Assembly (NCBI RefSeq): GCF_001194135.2
Contig: NC_068981.1
Coordinates: 11,349,039-11,413,038 of the forward strand
From: Octopus bimaculoides
Lineage: Eukaryota
Direction of reading: 5' to 3'
DNA: 64,000 nucleotides
Of this stretch, positions 43,168-56,149 are shown piece after piece. The position numbers were made by a program, and so were the translations under genes. Position 1 is the first letter of the stretch. Every line of letters begins with the position of its first letter. The notes beneath the pieces are model-generated. The model did not search any database. It was not told the origin of the DNA and saw only the letters and a program-made list of their open reading frames with translations.

Positions 43168-43933
43168 NNNNNNNNNNNNNNNNNNNNNNNNNNNNNNNNN
43201 NNNNNNNNNNNNNNNNNNNNNNNNNNNNNNNNNNNNNNNNNNNNNNNNNNNNNNNNNNNNNNNNNNNNNNNNNNNNNNNNNNNNNNNNNNNNNNNNNNNN
43301 NNNNNNNNNNNNNNNNNNNNNNNNNNNNNNNNNNNNNNNNNNNNNNNNNNNNNNNNNNNNNNNNNNNNNNNNNNNNNNNNNNNNNNNNNNNNNNNNNNNN
43401 NNNNNNNNNNNNNNNNNNNNNNNNNNNNNNNNNNNNNNNNNNNNNNNNNNNNNNNNNNNNNNNNNNNNNNNNNNNNNNNNNNNNNNNNNNNNNNNNNNNN
43501 NNNNNNNNNNNNNNNNNNNNNNNNNNNNNNNNNNNNNNNNNNNNNNNNNNNNNNNNNNNNNNNNNNNNNNNNNNNNNNNNNNNNNNNNNNNNNNNNNNNN
43601 NNNNNNNNNNNNNNNNNNNNNNNNNNNNNNNNNNNNNNNNNNNNNNNNNNNNNNNNNNNNNNNNNNNNNNNNNNNNNNNNNNNNNNNNNNNNNNNNNNNN
43701 NNNNNNNNNNNNNNNNNNNNNNNNNNNNNNNNNNNNNNNNNNNNNNNNNNNNNNNNNNNNNNNNNNNNNNNNNNNNNNNNNNNNNNNNNNNNNNNNNNNN
43801 NNNNNNNNNNNNNNNNNNNNNNNNNNNNNNNNNNNNNNNNNNNNNNNNNNNNNNNNNNNNNNNNNNNNNNNNNNNNNNNNNNNNNNNNNNNNNNNNNNNN
43901 NTACATATCCTCGTGTATGGAAATAAATTTCAC

Positions 43934-44217
43934 CGATTACTTTGCATATAAAAGTGTCACATTCTTGTTAATCGAAAATATATTTTTATAGAAAGTTATC
44001 CAGATATATTAGAGAATAAATTACTCGGAGGAATTACTAAGGTTATCTCCAGTAAAGCCAAAGAAAGATATAATTCCACACGTCGACATATATAGTAAAA
44101 TGTTAAAAAAATAGTCGATATGAAATTGTTCAAGTAACAAACAGCGTATTTTGAAAAACAAGTTTTTATATTATGTTGATTCAAAATTTGGCGCAAGGCC
44201 AGCAATTTCAGAGTAAG
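43934..44217 (+). repeat. Dispersed ~290-bp repeat, copy 2 (paralogous to 22788-23087)
   Basis: Same conserved blocks, ending in the same SINE B tail start ggcgcaaggccagcaatttc. Confidence 0.85.
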
Positions 44218-44413
44218 AAATTCTGTCAGGTCTCGTCAAACAGATGGGATGTTCTTGAAGCCGAGGATTTTAAATTGACGGGTACACTATTACCATATCG
44301 CCTGACGAAACACAACTTGATCTCATAATGCGGGGAAACAGCTTCATAATCAAGTACCTCAACACATGGAAACTATATTGTGTCGTAACAATCATGGTGA
44401 TTAAAAATTAAAT

Positions 44414-44473
44414 GTCCTACTGTAACCATTCTTGTCCTACTGTAACCATTCTTGTCCTACTGTAACCATTCTT
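44414..44473. repeat. Perfect 20-bp tandem repeat x3 (gtcctactgtaaccattctt)
   Basis: Three identical copies visible. Confidence 0.99.
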
Positions 44474-44829
44474 CAATTACGTATTCACCCACGATGCCCA
44501 AACGCAAGCCTGGAAATAGGTATGGTGCTACTACCGGGTGTTGCGTTGTGTTATTGAGCACATGTGACACCCTTTGCACCTGTACAACTAATGCTGATTC
44601 GAACTTTCTGTGAGGAGTGGAAAACCCAACTGAGAACCCTTCAGAGAAATGATCAATCTCTAACAAAGCAGAGCGATAGAGTAATAGTCAGGATAGTAGA
44701 AAAAAAGATGAAAGATATCTTTTCATGGTGAGGTACAAGTATCCTTTTAGATATCTGAGGTTATAAAATATGTACATATGCAAAGATATATGTATGCGTA
44801 TATGTATATATGTATTCATTCATGCATAG

Positions 44830-45032
44830 TCCACGCGAGGAGCGAGAAGTAGAATCGGCTGCCGGCAGCCGGGAAGCGCTCGGGGCTCGTCTGGTCGACG
44901 GCCGTTCGTATACGCGTCTGCAGCCGCCGCCGATGCGTGGTCAAGGAGGAAACGCGACAATGAGTTCGCGGAGCAAAACGGTTTACGATCCGACTACCGC
45001 ATACCGGGCCGCTGCGGAAATTTTAAACTAGT
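44830..45032 (+). mobile_element. GC-rich segment ending in a Helitron-like 3' terminus
   Basis: Hairpin ccgca-(11 nt)-tgcgg (44997-45017), 10-nt spacer, then CTAG|T (45028-45032); 5' TC end not located. Confidence 0.55.
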
Positions 45033-45171
45033 GTTTTATTTCTGATATGGAGAACCTGAAATACTAGAGGTCTATCACTCTGGGTCTGTCTTACACAAGG
45101 CTCGTTCACGATTTTGTGTGATTTCATATCGCTGCTCGTTGTTACTACACCGATAACCACCGAGCGCGCAA

Positions 45172-45205
<34 letters not shown>

Positions 45206-45228
45206 GTGTGTGTGTGTGTGTGTGCGTG

Positions 45229-45272
<44 letters not shown>

Positions 45273-45364
45273 GCTAATCAAAATAGTTTTTATTTCTCTC
45301 AGATATCTTTGGTGGATAATCTTTCAACATAAGAAATGAACACAAATTAATTTATTTCATTGCC

Positions 45365-46320
45365 ACAGGTGCGGAACAAAGCAGTTTAGAGATAGTCAGC
45401 TTTCTAAATGTCACAATATCATTTTAATAAAAAGTTAGTATGAAATTGGATGCCGTGGCAATGCTCCAACTACATCATTAAAGTAACTCTTTAAGGTGGT
45501 CCGCTGTAAGGGCACTACAATTTTAATCAGCACGATTGTAGAAAAATCAATCGGAACTATCACAAAAAATCTACAAGTGTAAGACAGGTCTGTCAAAACA
45601 GTGGTGCACGAGAAATTCCAATGGAAGCCGTAAATACCGAGAGAAAGGTCAATTCATATAAGTAAAGACACAGAAAGCTCGCCCGATCCACATCAAGCGG
45701 TTGCTTAACAAGGTTAAAAGATTTTACCAACATGGCATGATTCGGTTATTCTCTGATGAAAGACACTTTGACCAAGAATAAAATCTAAAAGATGAAATTA
45801 CAAATGGTTGTGTGCAGATCCTCCTGGTGTTCCTAGTGTGATGCAAATTATGTTTTCAGTAACTATGATGGTTTTAGGAGTGTTCACTAACGAAGATCAT
45901 GCGATACTAATATCTTTGCACAAGGTTTTACAATCAATGCTGCTGGATACGTTGAGGTATGGCAGTCCGTTGTTGGACTATGCATGAATGAATTAGGTGG
46001 TAGGAGATTACACGTCTTTCCACAAAACTCAGCTCGGTTTCACGTAGCACATATAACCCAAGAATAGTTGTCCGTCAATATTTACGAGATCATGCAACAG
46101 CGAACTAGTGACCCCCAAACTCGTTAGATTTGAATCGCTTGGACTACTATGAGTCAAACGTTGCGGAATGAGAGACAAATCGGCATTCTAACAATATCAT
46201 ATTTCACTTGAAGGCCGCGATTGTTCAGGAGAAGACAAAACTGAATAAAAACTAATGTGAGCAAGTATGACAAGAATCCAACGTTGAAGTATCAACAAAG
46301 CTAAACTCAGATTCTTAGAA
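45365..46320 (+). mobile_element. Decayed DD37D (maT)-like transposase
   Basis: LEIVSFLNV HTH start; LFSDE..FDQ (~45748-45778); WLCADP..VPSVM....TMMVLGVFTNE; *PPNSLDLNRLDYY (~46109-46151) corresponds to WPPNSPDLNPLDY. Confidence 0.88.
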
Positions 46321-46789
46321 TAATCGCATGAGGAAGTTTATTGGGAACAGCCTTACTGTTTGTTGTGAGGATGCAGACTGTGTTTTTTCTTCGCAAATTT
46401 TCACGACAAAACTAAATATTTTCTTCGATACGACGAGGCAATATACAGCAAAAACGGTAAATACAATCAAATACAAAATATAAAGAAAAAAGAATTAGCA
46501 TTTATGGAAAAAAAAAGTCTTTTAAAATGAATACTGAGGTCCGTTGTTCTCATTAAACCTATACGGCACAGCTCCAGCATGGCTGCAGTACAACGAGTTA
46601 AACAAGTAAAAAATTCAATAAAATAAGCAAAAATGACAAATGGGAAGATTAAGTTAATGTATTATGATATGAAGGGTAAGCGATGTTGACGTCGTTATAA
46701 ACATTACTCAATATCAAACATGAAGCCTGAGAGGATGTTGTACAATTATCTTTAATACTAAGTATGTGAAAGTGACGTAGCTACGATAA

Positions 46790-47090
46790 TCTATCAAAGG
46801 CCTGCCAAGAATGACAAGAAGATCAAATCGAATGGTTCTGATATCATTATCAATGACAGGAATGAAAATCTCTATATTCTGATAGACATCTCGATATTTT
46901 CTGACCAAATCATTGGATGAAAATTAGTTGGAAAACTATTAAAGTATACACAGCGCAGAATAGGAATAAACAGGATGTAAGATATGTACAGGAAAAAAAA
47001 AAAAACTTCTGCAACAATAATTGATATGTTGGGTATTAAGAAAAATATGAGGAATACTTCAGGACTGCGCAGAGTATAATACAGGAATGT
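46790..47090 (+). mobile_element. Old R4/Dong-type REL endonuclease fragment
   Basis: NDKKIKSNGSDIIINDRNENLYILIDISIFSD..IG*KLVGKLLKY...IGINRM* aligns by eye with the 40038 ORF (IKANRPDIVVKD..CLLIDVSIP.D...KE.EKL.KY...EI.RMW). Confidence 0.7.
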
Positions 47091-47149
47091 TAGAAATGTT
47101 TATGAAATATTAGTTGCTTCAAATTCTGGCACAAGGTCTGATGTTTTAG

Positions 47150-47290
47150 GAGGCAGCAAGTCGAGCATATAGACCCGGTGTGCAATGTTCAATCGGTACT
47201 TGTTTTGTCGACTTCGAAAGGTTAAAAAGCAAAGTCGATTTCGCTAACATTTGAACTCAGAACGAAATGGTGTCGGATGTATTTATGAAA
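47150..47290 (-). mobile_element. SINE family B fragment
   Basis: ggtact.gttttgtcgac.tcgaaagg.taaaaagcaaagtcga..tcgc..acatttgaactcagaacg. Confidence 0.8.
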
Positions 47291-47988
47291 TAATAATATA
47301 AACATTGACCTAACACTTAAAGTATGCTTCCATACAATTATAAATTAATAGGTAGCAATGTGTCAGTTTTGCTACAGATGACTGATTCGAATAGTGGATA
47401 TCACTGGAGATTAAAAGAAATAACAATACACGTAATGTCGTACGTGAAAATAACCCACAAGAAAACCTAATAGAAATATATAAATTATAGATACAGTAAA
47501 CAGCCGTCATCTGCTACTAAATTTTCTGTAATAGAATATCTAGTGAAGGATTAGAAAATGTCTAGTAATAGATAAATAAAAAACGAATGTAAAAGACTAC
47601 AAAATAGGGACAAAAATAATAAACTGACTACTGTCATCAAAGAAGCCAACAAAAAATATAGGAGGCTGAGATAACAGGCATCAAGGAAACGGAGTTGGGT
47701 GGTAGGCAGCAGGATGTATAATTAAGTAAACTTAGCATAATATGGGATTGCAAAATGCGTGAATATATAGACATTATCGGTAAACAGAGAAATGAATAAA
47801 TTTAAAACAAATACGTCATGATGACTAAAATCTTTCAAGCAGAAGCTAAACATAGAATGTATGCCATTATTTAGTTTTATTTCAACATTTCTTGCTAACA
47901 GGTAAAGGTTCGGTTTTTAACCAATATCCAAGTCTCCTTCATTGGAATTTGAACATCACTTAAAGTTTTTTTTTGGTATGTATGTATG

Positions 47989-48022
<34 letters not shown>

Positions 48023-49028
48023 TGTTATCAATCAGTTTCATTTCTGTATTTCTTGTCAATAGAGAAAGGGCCGGACTCTCACATAGATTCAAGGCTCCTT
48101 CATTGGAACTTTTATCAACATCATCTAGGTATTTGTGCATATGTGTGTGTGTGCAGTATTTGGTGTTAGTGTATGCGCAGATGTGTATATTTGTTTTATG
48201 GATGCGTTTTTATGTATATATTTTCATGTCTAGATTCATGTATTTATGTGCTGTGCAGATTTGTATGTTTATGTATATATTCTCATGCATACAGTTGCAT
48301 ATTTAAGCATTGAATATATGTGTGTATTTATGTATGTATGTATGCATGGATGTATGTATGTATGTTTGTATGTATGTTTGTATATGTCCAAATTTGTACG
48401 TTTTTCTTTATGCATGTATTGTCATGCATATAGCTGTATGTCTAGACATAATCATGTATACTTAAATGATAAACTTCTGCAAAGTTTTACAGATTTTTAT
48501 AGTTCCAGTGATGGCTTGGATCTGTAGTCTTCGAATCAGCTTTTGCATTTCTGGTTTTGAGAAGCCTAATTTCTCAAGATACCAGAGCTACAATAATTAC
48601 AGGTATAAACCTGAACTTGTAATTTGGAATTAGGAACTGCAGATTTCTCAATAGTTCAGCGCATTTTCTTTTTCGCAGATCTTTAGACTTATGTTACCAT
48701 CAGCTGGGTAGCTGATTACCACAACTGGCCATAGTTTCTCTTCTCTATCTAAAGCCACGAAATCAGGACTATTTTGTATATATTTTATTGAGGTTTTCAC
48801 TGGGACATCCCACCAGTACTCCATTTAATTATGAGCGGCTATGGCGTCTACCGCAGTGTGAGTTTTTATTTCTTTGTCCTTGGAGTTATCCTCCCGACAT
48901 ATCTCGTTATACAGTGTCCTAGCTAAAACATCATGCCTCATCAGTAGATATATATCATGTATGTATGTATTCACTTCCGTATGTATTTCCACTTAAGTAC
49001 GTACGTATGTATGTGTTTATATGCTTGC

Positions 49029-49092
<64 letters not shown>

Positions 49093-49579
49093 CGCCTAGG
49101 GAAATAAATTAGTTTCACCCTTCCAACTAGTGTAATTCTTTCAATGTCATGTACAAAGAGTACCAGATTAGATATATGTTAATATTTCAAACAAAGATAA
49201 CAAACAGTTTTCAATTGAAGGAGTATCAAAATATTAATGTAAACACTAACTTTCAAAGCTATAGATCTTCTGTCTTTCTGTAACTACTTAGTATATAGAA
49301 TCCATCACAGTACATAATATGGCTTCCAAATGTATTAAATTATAGGACATAATGAATCAAATATTTTGAAAACGAACTGGAAATCATCGCGGGAAAATAT
49401 TTGCAATTAATATGATTATAAATTTAACTTGAAAAACATATGGTACGATGTTTACGTGAAATTTATAACTATTGTATCATAACTGGAGAATAGTTTTCAT
49501 TTGGGAAAAAGCATGAAGTGTCTCAAAATATTTCTTTTTAATATATGATTTTGTAATGAAAATTCTTTTCTACTGTAGG

Positions 49580-49970
49580 CACAAGGCCTGAAATTTTTGG
49601 GTATGTGGCCAGTCGATTAGAATTTATCGACCCCGAAAGGATGAAAGGCAAAGTTGACCTCGGCGGAATTTGAACTCAGAACGTAAAGACAGACTAAATA
49701 CCGTTAAGCACTTCGCCCGGCGTGCTAACGTTTCTTATTTCTTTATTGCCCACATAGAGGGGGGCCACATAGAGGGGGCAAACAAGGACAGACAAAGGGA
49801 TTAAGTCGATTAAAGCGACCCCAGTGCGTAACTGGTACTTAAATTATCGACTCCGAAAGGATGAAAGGCAAAGTCGACCTCGGCAGAATTTGAACTGAGA
49901 ACGTAACGGCAGACGAAATACGCAAAGCATTTCGGTCGGCGTACAAACGTTTCTGCTAGCTCGCTGCCTT
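49580..49970 (-). mobile_element. Two family B SINEs, tandem or nested, with 9-bp repeat aacgtttct at the junctions
   Basis: The body cgaaaggatgaaaggcaaagt.gacctcggc.gaatttgaact.agaacgtaa occurs twice; aacgtttct at 49727-49735 and 49946-49954; head ends gcctt at 49970. Confidence 0.92.
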
Positions 49971-50000
49971 GATTTTGTAGGGAATATTACAGGGAAACGT

Positions 50001-50213
50001 AAGGCGTCGAGTTTGTAGGATCATTAGCATCCATGGTAAAATACTTAGCGCCATATTATGCGTGTTTGAGTTGTGAGTTCAAATTCCGCCGAGGTCGACT
50101 TTGCCATTCATATTTTCGGAGTCTATAAAATAAGTACCAGTCGAGTATTGGTGTCTATGTAATTGAATGCCCCCTTCCCCACTCGAACTTGTTTGCCTTG
50201 TGCCAAATTTGAA
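50001..50213 (+). mobile_element. SINE family B, full length, opposite orientation to 49580-49970
   Basis: aaggcg head, gagttcaaattccgccgaggtcgactttgcc B-box region, tail gccttgtgccaaatttgaaat. Confidence 0.9.
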
Positions 50214-50839
50214 ATGGATATCATTGGGAGAGTGAGATGCCAATAGCAGAGAAACGCTTCACATCATTCTAGCATAATGAGAATACATTAGACAATAAAT
50301 ATTAAAAATCGATGAGGACTCCTACTTTAATAATCAAGGTTTGATTATTTTTAGGTTGAAGGAAAGAAGAAACTAGGTTTTATTCTTCAACAGAATGCTT
50401 AGCTTTGAACGTTTTCAATTAAGCTTCCGCCTGATCGTGAATTCCAGTAAATTTAACTATATTTCTATTTCTCGCATGATCAACATTAAGTTACCAAATG
50501 ACTTTTTAATTAAGAAAGATTACATAAATATCATGTCGACGTATCGATTAATAGTCAGACACTGAAAGCATATGTCAGGAATTATTATTAGGCAGCTTCT
50601 TAACAACTTAGTAAACTTAAAGTGTTTAACTCTTCAAACCAAAGAACACTGCTGATAATACTGCTGCAACATAATGTACTATGTGCAGACCAATATTTTA
50701 ACACGGGTCACATCTGATCCACATATTTATGATGTATTAACTATAAATGTATTGAAATTCTATTTTCAAACAACTTTAAAAATAATGTCAGCAGTTTATC
50801 AATTACTAACTACAGTATTCTGTGCGTAATGGTTGTATG

Positions 50840-51235
50840 ATGAAGTTACATTTCCAACTTTATATTTTCGGGTTCAGTTCCAATTCACCTCAATTTGGGG
50901 ACGTGTCTTCTATTCCAGTATACTGCCATGTAATTAAATTTGATAGATAAAAACTGCGTAGAAGCCTCTCGTATGTGCGTATATGTAAATATGATGTGTT
51001 TGTGTCTGGTGGTGTTAGTCAGCGTATACGGTTCATTTATGTTGGCGTTTGTCGTTCCAGTGCTTGACTAAAGGTGTTGATTTGTTCATGTCCTGTAATC
51101 TAGTGCTTTGGCAAAAGAAACGTATAATTTAGACGCCAGACTAAATATCAAATAATGGGGTCAATTTGATCTTACTAAACCTTGGTGCCCCAGTCAGATG
51201 TCTGAAACATGTCAAAGATAAAAGATAAAAGATAC
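50840..51235 (+). mobile_element. Old SINE family A copy
   Basis: cgggttcagttcca....ggg.acgtgtcttctat, gcttgac.aa.ggtgttg, ggtgccccagtc...ctgaaacatgtcaaagataaaag. Confidence 0.65.
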
Positions 51236-51349
51236 ATTCGATCGTGATTTTCATACTTCTCTGGAAATCTACACAGAAAGACATGAACATAAAAAGACAT
51301 AAAGAGACAGAGACATGCAGACATATTCATGTGCAAAGGTGCGTACAAA

Positions 51350-51351
51350 CA

Positions 51352-51398
<47 letters not shown>

Positions 51399-51401
51399 AC
51401 A

Positions 51402-51456
<55 letters not shown>

Positions 51457-51870
51457 ACAGGTTCTTACTTACAAATGTGAATATTCCCTACTTCCATCCC
51501 GACGTTGCGTATTCCACTGGCGCAGTCAACGAAGATACCTACATACATGAACCGCGAACATGCCTGCGTGTATATATATATTTCGTTTTTGGATTTGGTT
51601 TGCAAGATTCGTTATGTGAGTTCGTGTGTTGACGCTTATACGGTTGTGTCTCTGGTGAATCATCTTCTTTTTTGTGCCTTAATATTTAACAGACTCACGA
51701 TTCAATTTTCACTTATTTCCTATTTTAATTTTCCTAAACTTTTCGTTTTATCTTGCAACATTTTCAATAGTTTTAGGAAAACAAAAATAAGAAATGAGTG
51801 GAAATTTTACCAGTGAGTGTGTACAATTATAAGGCACAAAAAGAAAATGATTCTCTCCAGACACAACAGA

Positions 51871-51905
<35 letters not shown>

Positions 51906-51910
51906 TTATG

Positions 51911-51982
<72 letters not shown>

Positions 51983-52025
51983 CGCAAGCATACATATAAA
52001 CATACATTGATGATCATGATCAGGG

Positions 52026-52064
<39 letters not shown>

Positions 52065-52100
52065 TACACACACACACATACACTCACAAACACACACAGA
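51350..52100. repeat. (CA)n and (TA)n/(CA)n/(TG)n microsatellites bracketing a short unique segment
   Basis: Directly visible. Confidence 0.9.
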
Positions 52101-54232
52101 TATAGTTATTTAGCAAAGAAAACTGACCATTTGATTATGACGGAAGATGAATGCTACCTGACACTTCATTCGATGAAGGGCACGCTAATGAAGGAGCGCC
52201 GTGTCTTCAAGTAGTTTGGAATATATGTTGCTGCAAATAAGAATTAGTTCCTTACACATAACTAACTAAACTGGAAAACCTGTGTCCACTCTCAAACGTT
52301 TTGAAAATGAAATGTTTTTAGTGTCAGCTTAAGCTAAACTTGCTTTCTTCAAGGCATGTACAGAGTTTATTCATCTCTATGGAGCCTCCCCATCACCTTG
52401 AAAGTACACGCATACAATCAAAGAATCTTGTTCTTTCGACAGATATGAACGATAATCTTTAAAGTCAAAATCAAGATAAAATACATGCATACAGGAAAAC
52501 TGATATAATCATGTAACTATTGAAATTATAGCCACCAATGTATTTTGCTCAATTCTTATCGATTCCACAGAAAACCCTAAGATGAATCCGTCGCCATAAT
52601 TATCTCATCCCTTTTTACGAAGTTTCACATCCTAGATCCAACAATAAAAGGTCCACTTAATCCTCTTCCCGCAAAATGACCATATACTTTATTCCCATGG
52701 AATTTGTCCTGCAAACAAAGCTTCAAGATTAAGATGGCCTTCTCTTTTCACGACACCATTAAAAAAAAAATAGCTAAAATTCCAAAGGCAGATGTACCTT
52801 AAACAAATAAATCATAAAGCAAAAAGAAGCTTGCTAAAATCCTTACAATATCCTTCGCTCCATTTAATATGTCTCTATGAATTTTATTTATGGAGAGACC
52901 TACTTTGCTTCATTTATTAAAATTTATATATTTCTTTTCTCTTCATAAAACTGGTATTAAATTTCAATATAATGCGAAAATAAAATTAAAATCACGGCAG
53001 TTTTAATATTTGGTAAAAATTGCAGAATCGAAATAATATGAAGGCATTACTGGTGAGCGATATATTTTCTAATTCTTCAATAACAATATTGAAGGATTGA
53101 GGAAGTATTTATTTCATCATGTTGTAAGTATACGTATATATATAAGTAGTCAGATATAATTATATATATATATATACATACATATATATANNNNNNNNNN
53201 NNNNNNNNNNNNNNNNNNNNNNNNNNNNNNNNNNNNNNNNNNNNNNNNNNNNNNNNNNNNNNNNNNNNNNNNNNNNNNNNNNNNNNNNNNNNNNNNNNNN
53301 NNNNNNNNNNNNNNNNNNNNNNNNNNNNNNNNNNNNNNNNNNNNNNNNNNNNNNNNNNNNNNNNNNNNNNNNNNNNNNNNNNNNNNNNNNNNNNNNNNNN
53401 NNNNNNNNNNNNNNNNNNNNNNNNNNNNNNNNNNNNNNNNNNNNNNNNNNNNNNNNNNNNNNNNNNNNNNNNNNNNNNNNNNNNNNNNNNNNNNNNNNNN
53501 NNNNNNNNNNNNNNNNNNNNNNNNNNNNNNNNNNNNNNNNNNNNNNNNNNNNNNNNNNNNNNNNNNNNNNNNNNNNNNNNNNNNNNNTATATATATGCGC
53601 GCGCGTGTCTTATTCTTTTTTTATATTGTAGGAAATTTGTGTACACCTAAGTATGAATCTCAAACTTTGATGTCTTTGGGAGTGATGATAATGTCCTCTA
53701 AAATACACAAGTTCTATATAATCATTTGTTGACGTTTTTAGAATAAATCTAATGGCATTTACCACCAGAGGTTACATATAAATTGTTTTTAATACTTAGG
53801 TATTGTTCATGAGAATGACTATCCTCGCGAATAAGATATCATGATATGCATATTCACTTAGCACTAGCAGGAAGTGTTACATTTTAAAATCATTACTTTA
53901 ATTCATGACTAATTTGATGTATTGTGACTTTTATTAGTATTTCAATAGAGCGAAATGAATGAAATGAATGGGAGGAAACTTTCATTTAAAGGCAAGTTCA
54001 AATATTTTACAAAACAGGAATAACGACGAAAAAGTGACTTTTTTTCAGAGAACGCAAGATTTTCGTTGAATGCAGACCGTGAAAAGATTTCAAATTTTAT
54101 AACATTAAGTGCAGACAGAACTGTTCGGTTAAAAATTCCATTCCTAGTCACGGGTTTCCAGGTTCGACTCTACTGTGTGCTTCATTGGATCGTTCAGAAA
54201 ATGTCTGATGCAATTTGAATATTGTAAATGAA

Positions 54233-54606
54233 AGTGGAGGCCAGTGGTTAGGGCACCGGACTCGCGGTCATAGGATCGCTGTTTCGATTCCCAGACCGGT
54301 CGTTCTGAGTGTTCATTCAGCGAAAACACCTAAAGCTCCACGAGGCTCCAGCAGGGGATGGTGGCGAACCCTGCTGTACTCTTCCACCACAACTTTCTCT
54401 CACTCTTACTTCCTGTTTCTGTTGTGCCTGTAATTCAAAGGGCCAGCCTTGTCACACTCTGTCACGCTGAATATCCCCGAGAACTACGTTAAGGCTACAC
54501 GTGTCTGTGGAGTGCTCAGCCACTTGCACGTTAATTTCACGAGCAGACTGTTCTGTTGATCGGATCAACTGGAACCCTCGTCGTCGTAAGCGACGGTGTG
54601 CCAACA
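54233..54606 (+). mobile_element. tRNA-derived SINE family C, full length with 12-bp target-site duplication
   Basis: A-box-like ggccagtggttaggg, B-box-like gtttcgattccc; TSD attgtaaatgaa at 54221-54232 and 54607-54618. Confidence 0.92.
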
Positions 54607-56149
54607 ATTGTAAATGAATAGTATCAGAAATTGCTCAATAACCTGTCTGGCTGACTACATGTGTTTGTGAGTGGTAGATTTCCTTTCACCCTGCGCAATG
54701 CTGAATCATTTAAGATGCCGTGTATAGCGGACCGCGTTCCCTTGAGCATATTTTATAATCATTTTAATCGGGCGGAAATGCGAATAGCCACGACAGCCTC
54801 AGCTTTTGATACGGGTCAGCGAACAAGAGCTTCGTCTCTTCTTAGATTCATTAGACCGGCGTGCCTCTAGTTGACAAAACCCAATGATTTCAAAACGCTG
54901 CATGTCTCAGAGACTTTCGCGCTATTGATTCGATTTTTTTATGAACATATATTTATCATAAATCTAGGTGTTGTTCTCCTGTGAGAAAACACAGGACCGA
55001 TTAACATATTCTTATTCGAATCTGTTGGAACATCTTAAGAATAAATATACAAATCCTCGTATATTCTAGGAAAAACTATAATATCGGGCTTTGTGAAATT
55101 GAAGCTATTTTAGCTTAGTAGCATATTCAATTTACTTGAGATCAAAAATCAATATACAAATATATTCAGTCCACAGCTAAATATATTTCATTTCTGAACA
55201 CTTGAGAGAAAATAATAAATAAAGCATTGTTGATTCAGTCAAAATTAATTTGAGTGCGAGATATTTTCATACTTGAATATGTCCGGTGTTTGAAATATTC
55301 AGATTAGGTAAGAATATGAAAAGCTGAAATTGTCGTTAGTTTCTTTACAGAGCATAGATTCCTGCTAAATGAACAAAACTATTTACGTTACGAGCATATT
55401 CATATTTCATGCAAGTGTCAGTTCATTAAAATCTGTTGATGTAAAAACTTGTAAATAATTTGATGCAACTTTGATGAAAATTTTCAACATCATTATCATC
55501 ATTAGCATCCTCATTATTAGCATCCTCATCATTATCGTCATCGTCTTCGTTATTGTTGTTGTTACTGCTATTGCCGTCGTCGTTGTTTGTGTCGTTGCTC
55601 TCATTGCTTTATCAACATTTTTATAAACTGATTTATTTACAGAGATTTTATCCCATGTTTCGGTGATGACAATTTTCAACAATCACATTTAAGTTAGTTA
55701 TAGAATAAATATGACACTTAACAATTCATGTTTCAATTCTAATACCTTGCAATTTCCTAGGGTGATGTCCAAGATTCGAACCTAGTGCACAAATTACCAT
55801 GGAAACCGTTTTTACACTTGGGCTCTTCATTTATCTTAATAGATTCTGATTTTTTTTCAAAATTTTCGGATTTCTTGATATCCATTACATATTCACACAG
55901 GAATTAATAAGATAAAAAAAAAAATCAGACATCTTTCTTTGTTTTGTCGCTATATAAATCCTGTATTTTCATTCACCCCGATAGACACTTTCTGATAGTC
56001 ATACAGCTATGTCCCCTTTAACATTTGCAGACATGGCTAGCTATCAGCTTAATGGATTGTACTAACGACATAACATTATTGCGTTTATAAACTTTGTGCT
56101 AGCTTAGCGAACTCGCTTCGATGTCAAATGTTATTTCGGTTCGTGTAAA

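Noticed and set aside
51465-51545. Plus-strand PYFHPDVAYSTGAVNED, cadherin-like
   Set aside because: Spacing is off by two residues versus PxFxxxxYxxxVxE and DxNDN is missing.
55640-55685. Minus-strand IVITETW, like an APE endonuclease motif
   Set aside because: Isolated short motif next to a trinucleotide tract, with no other APE motifs.
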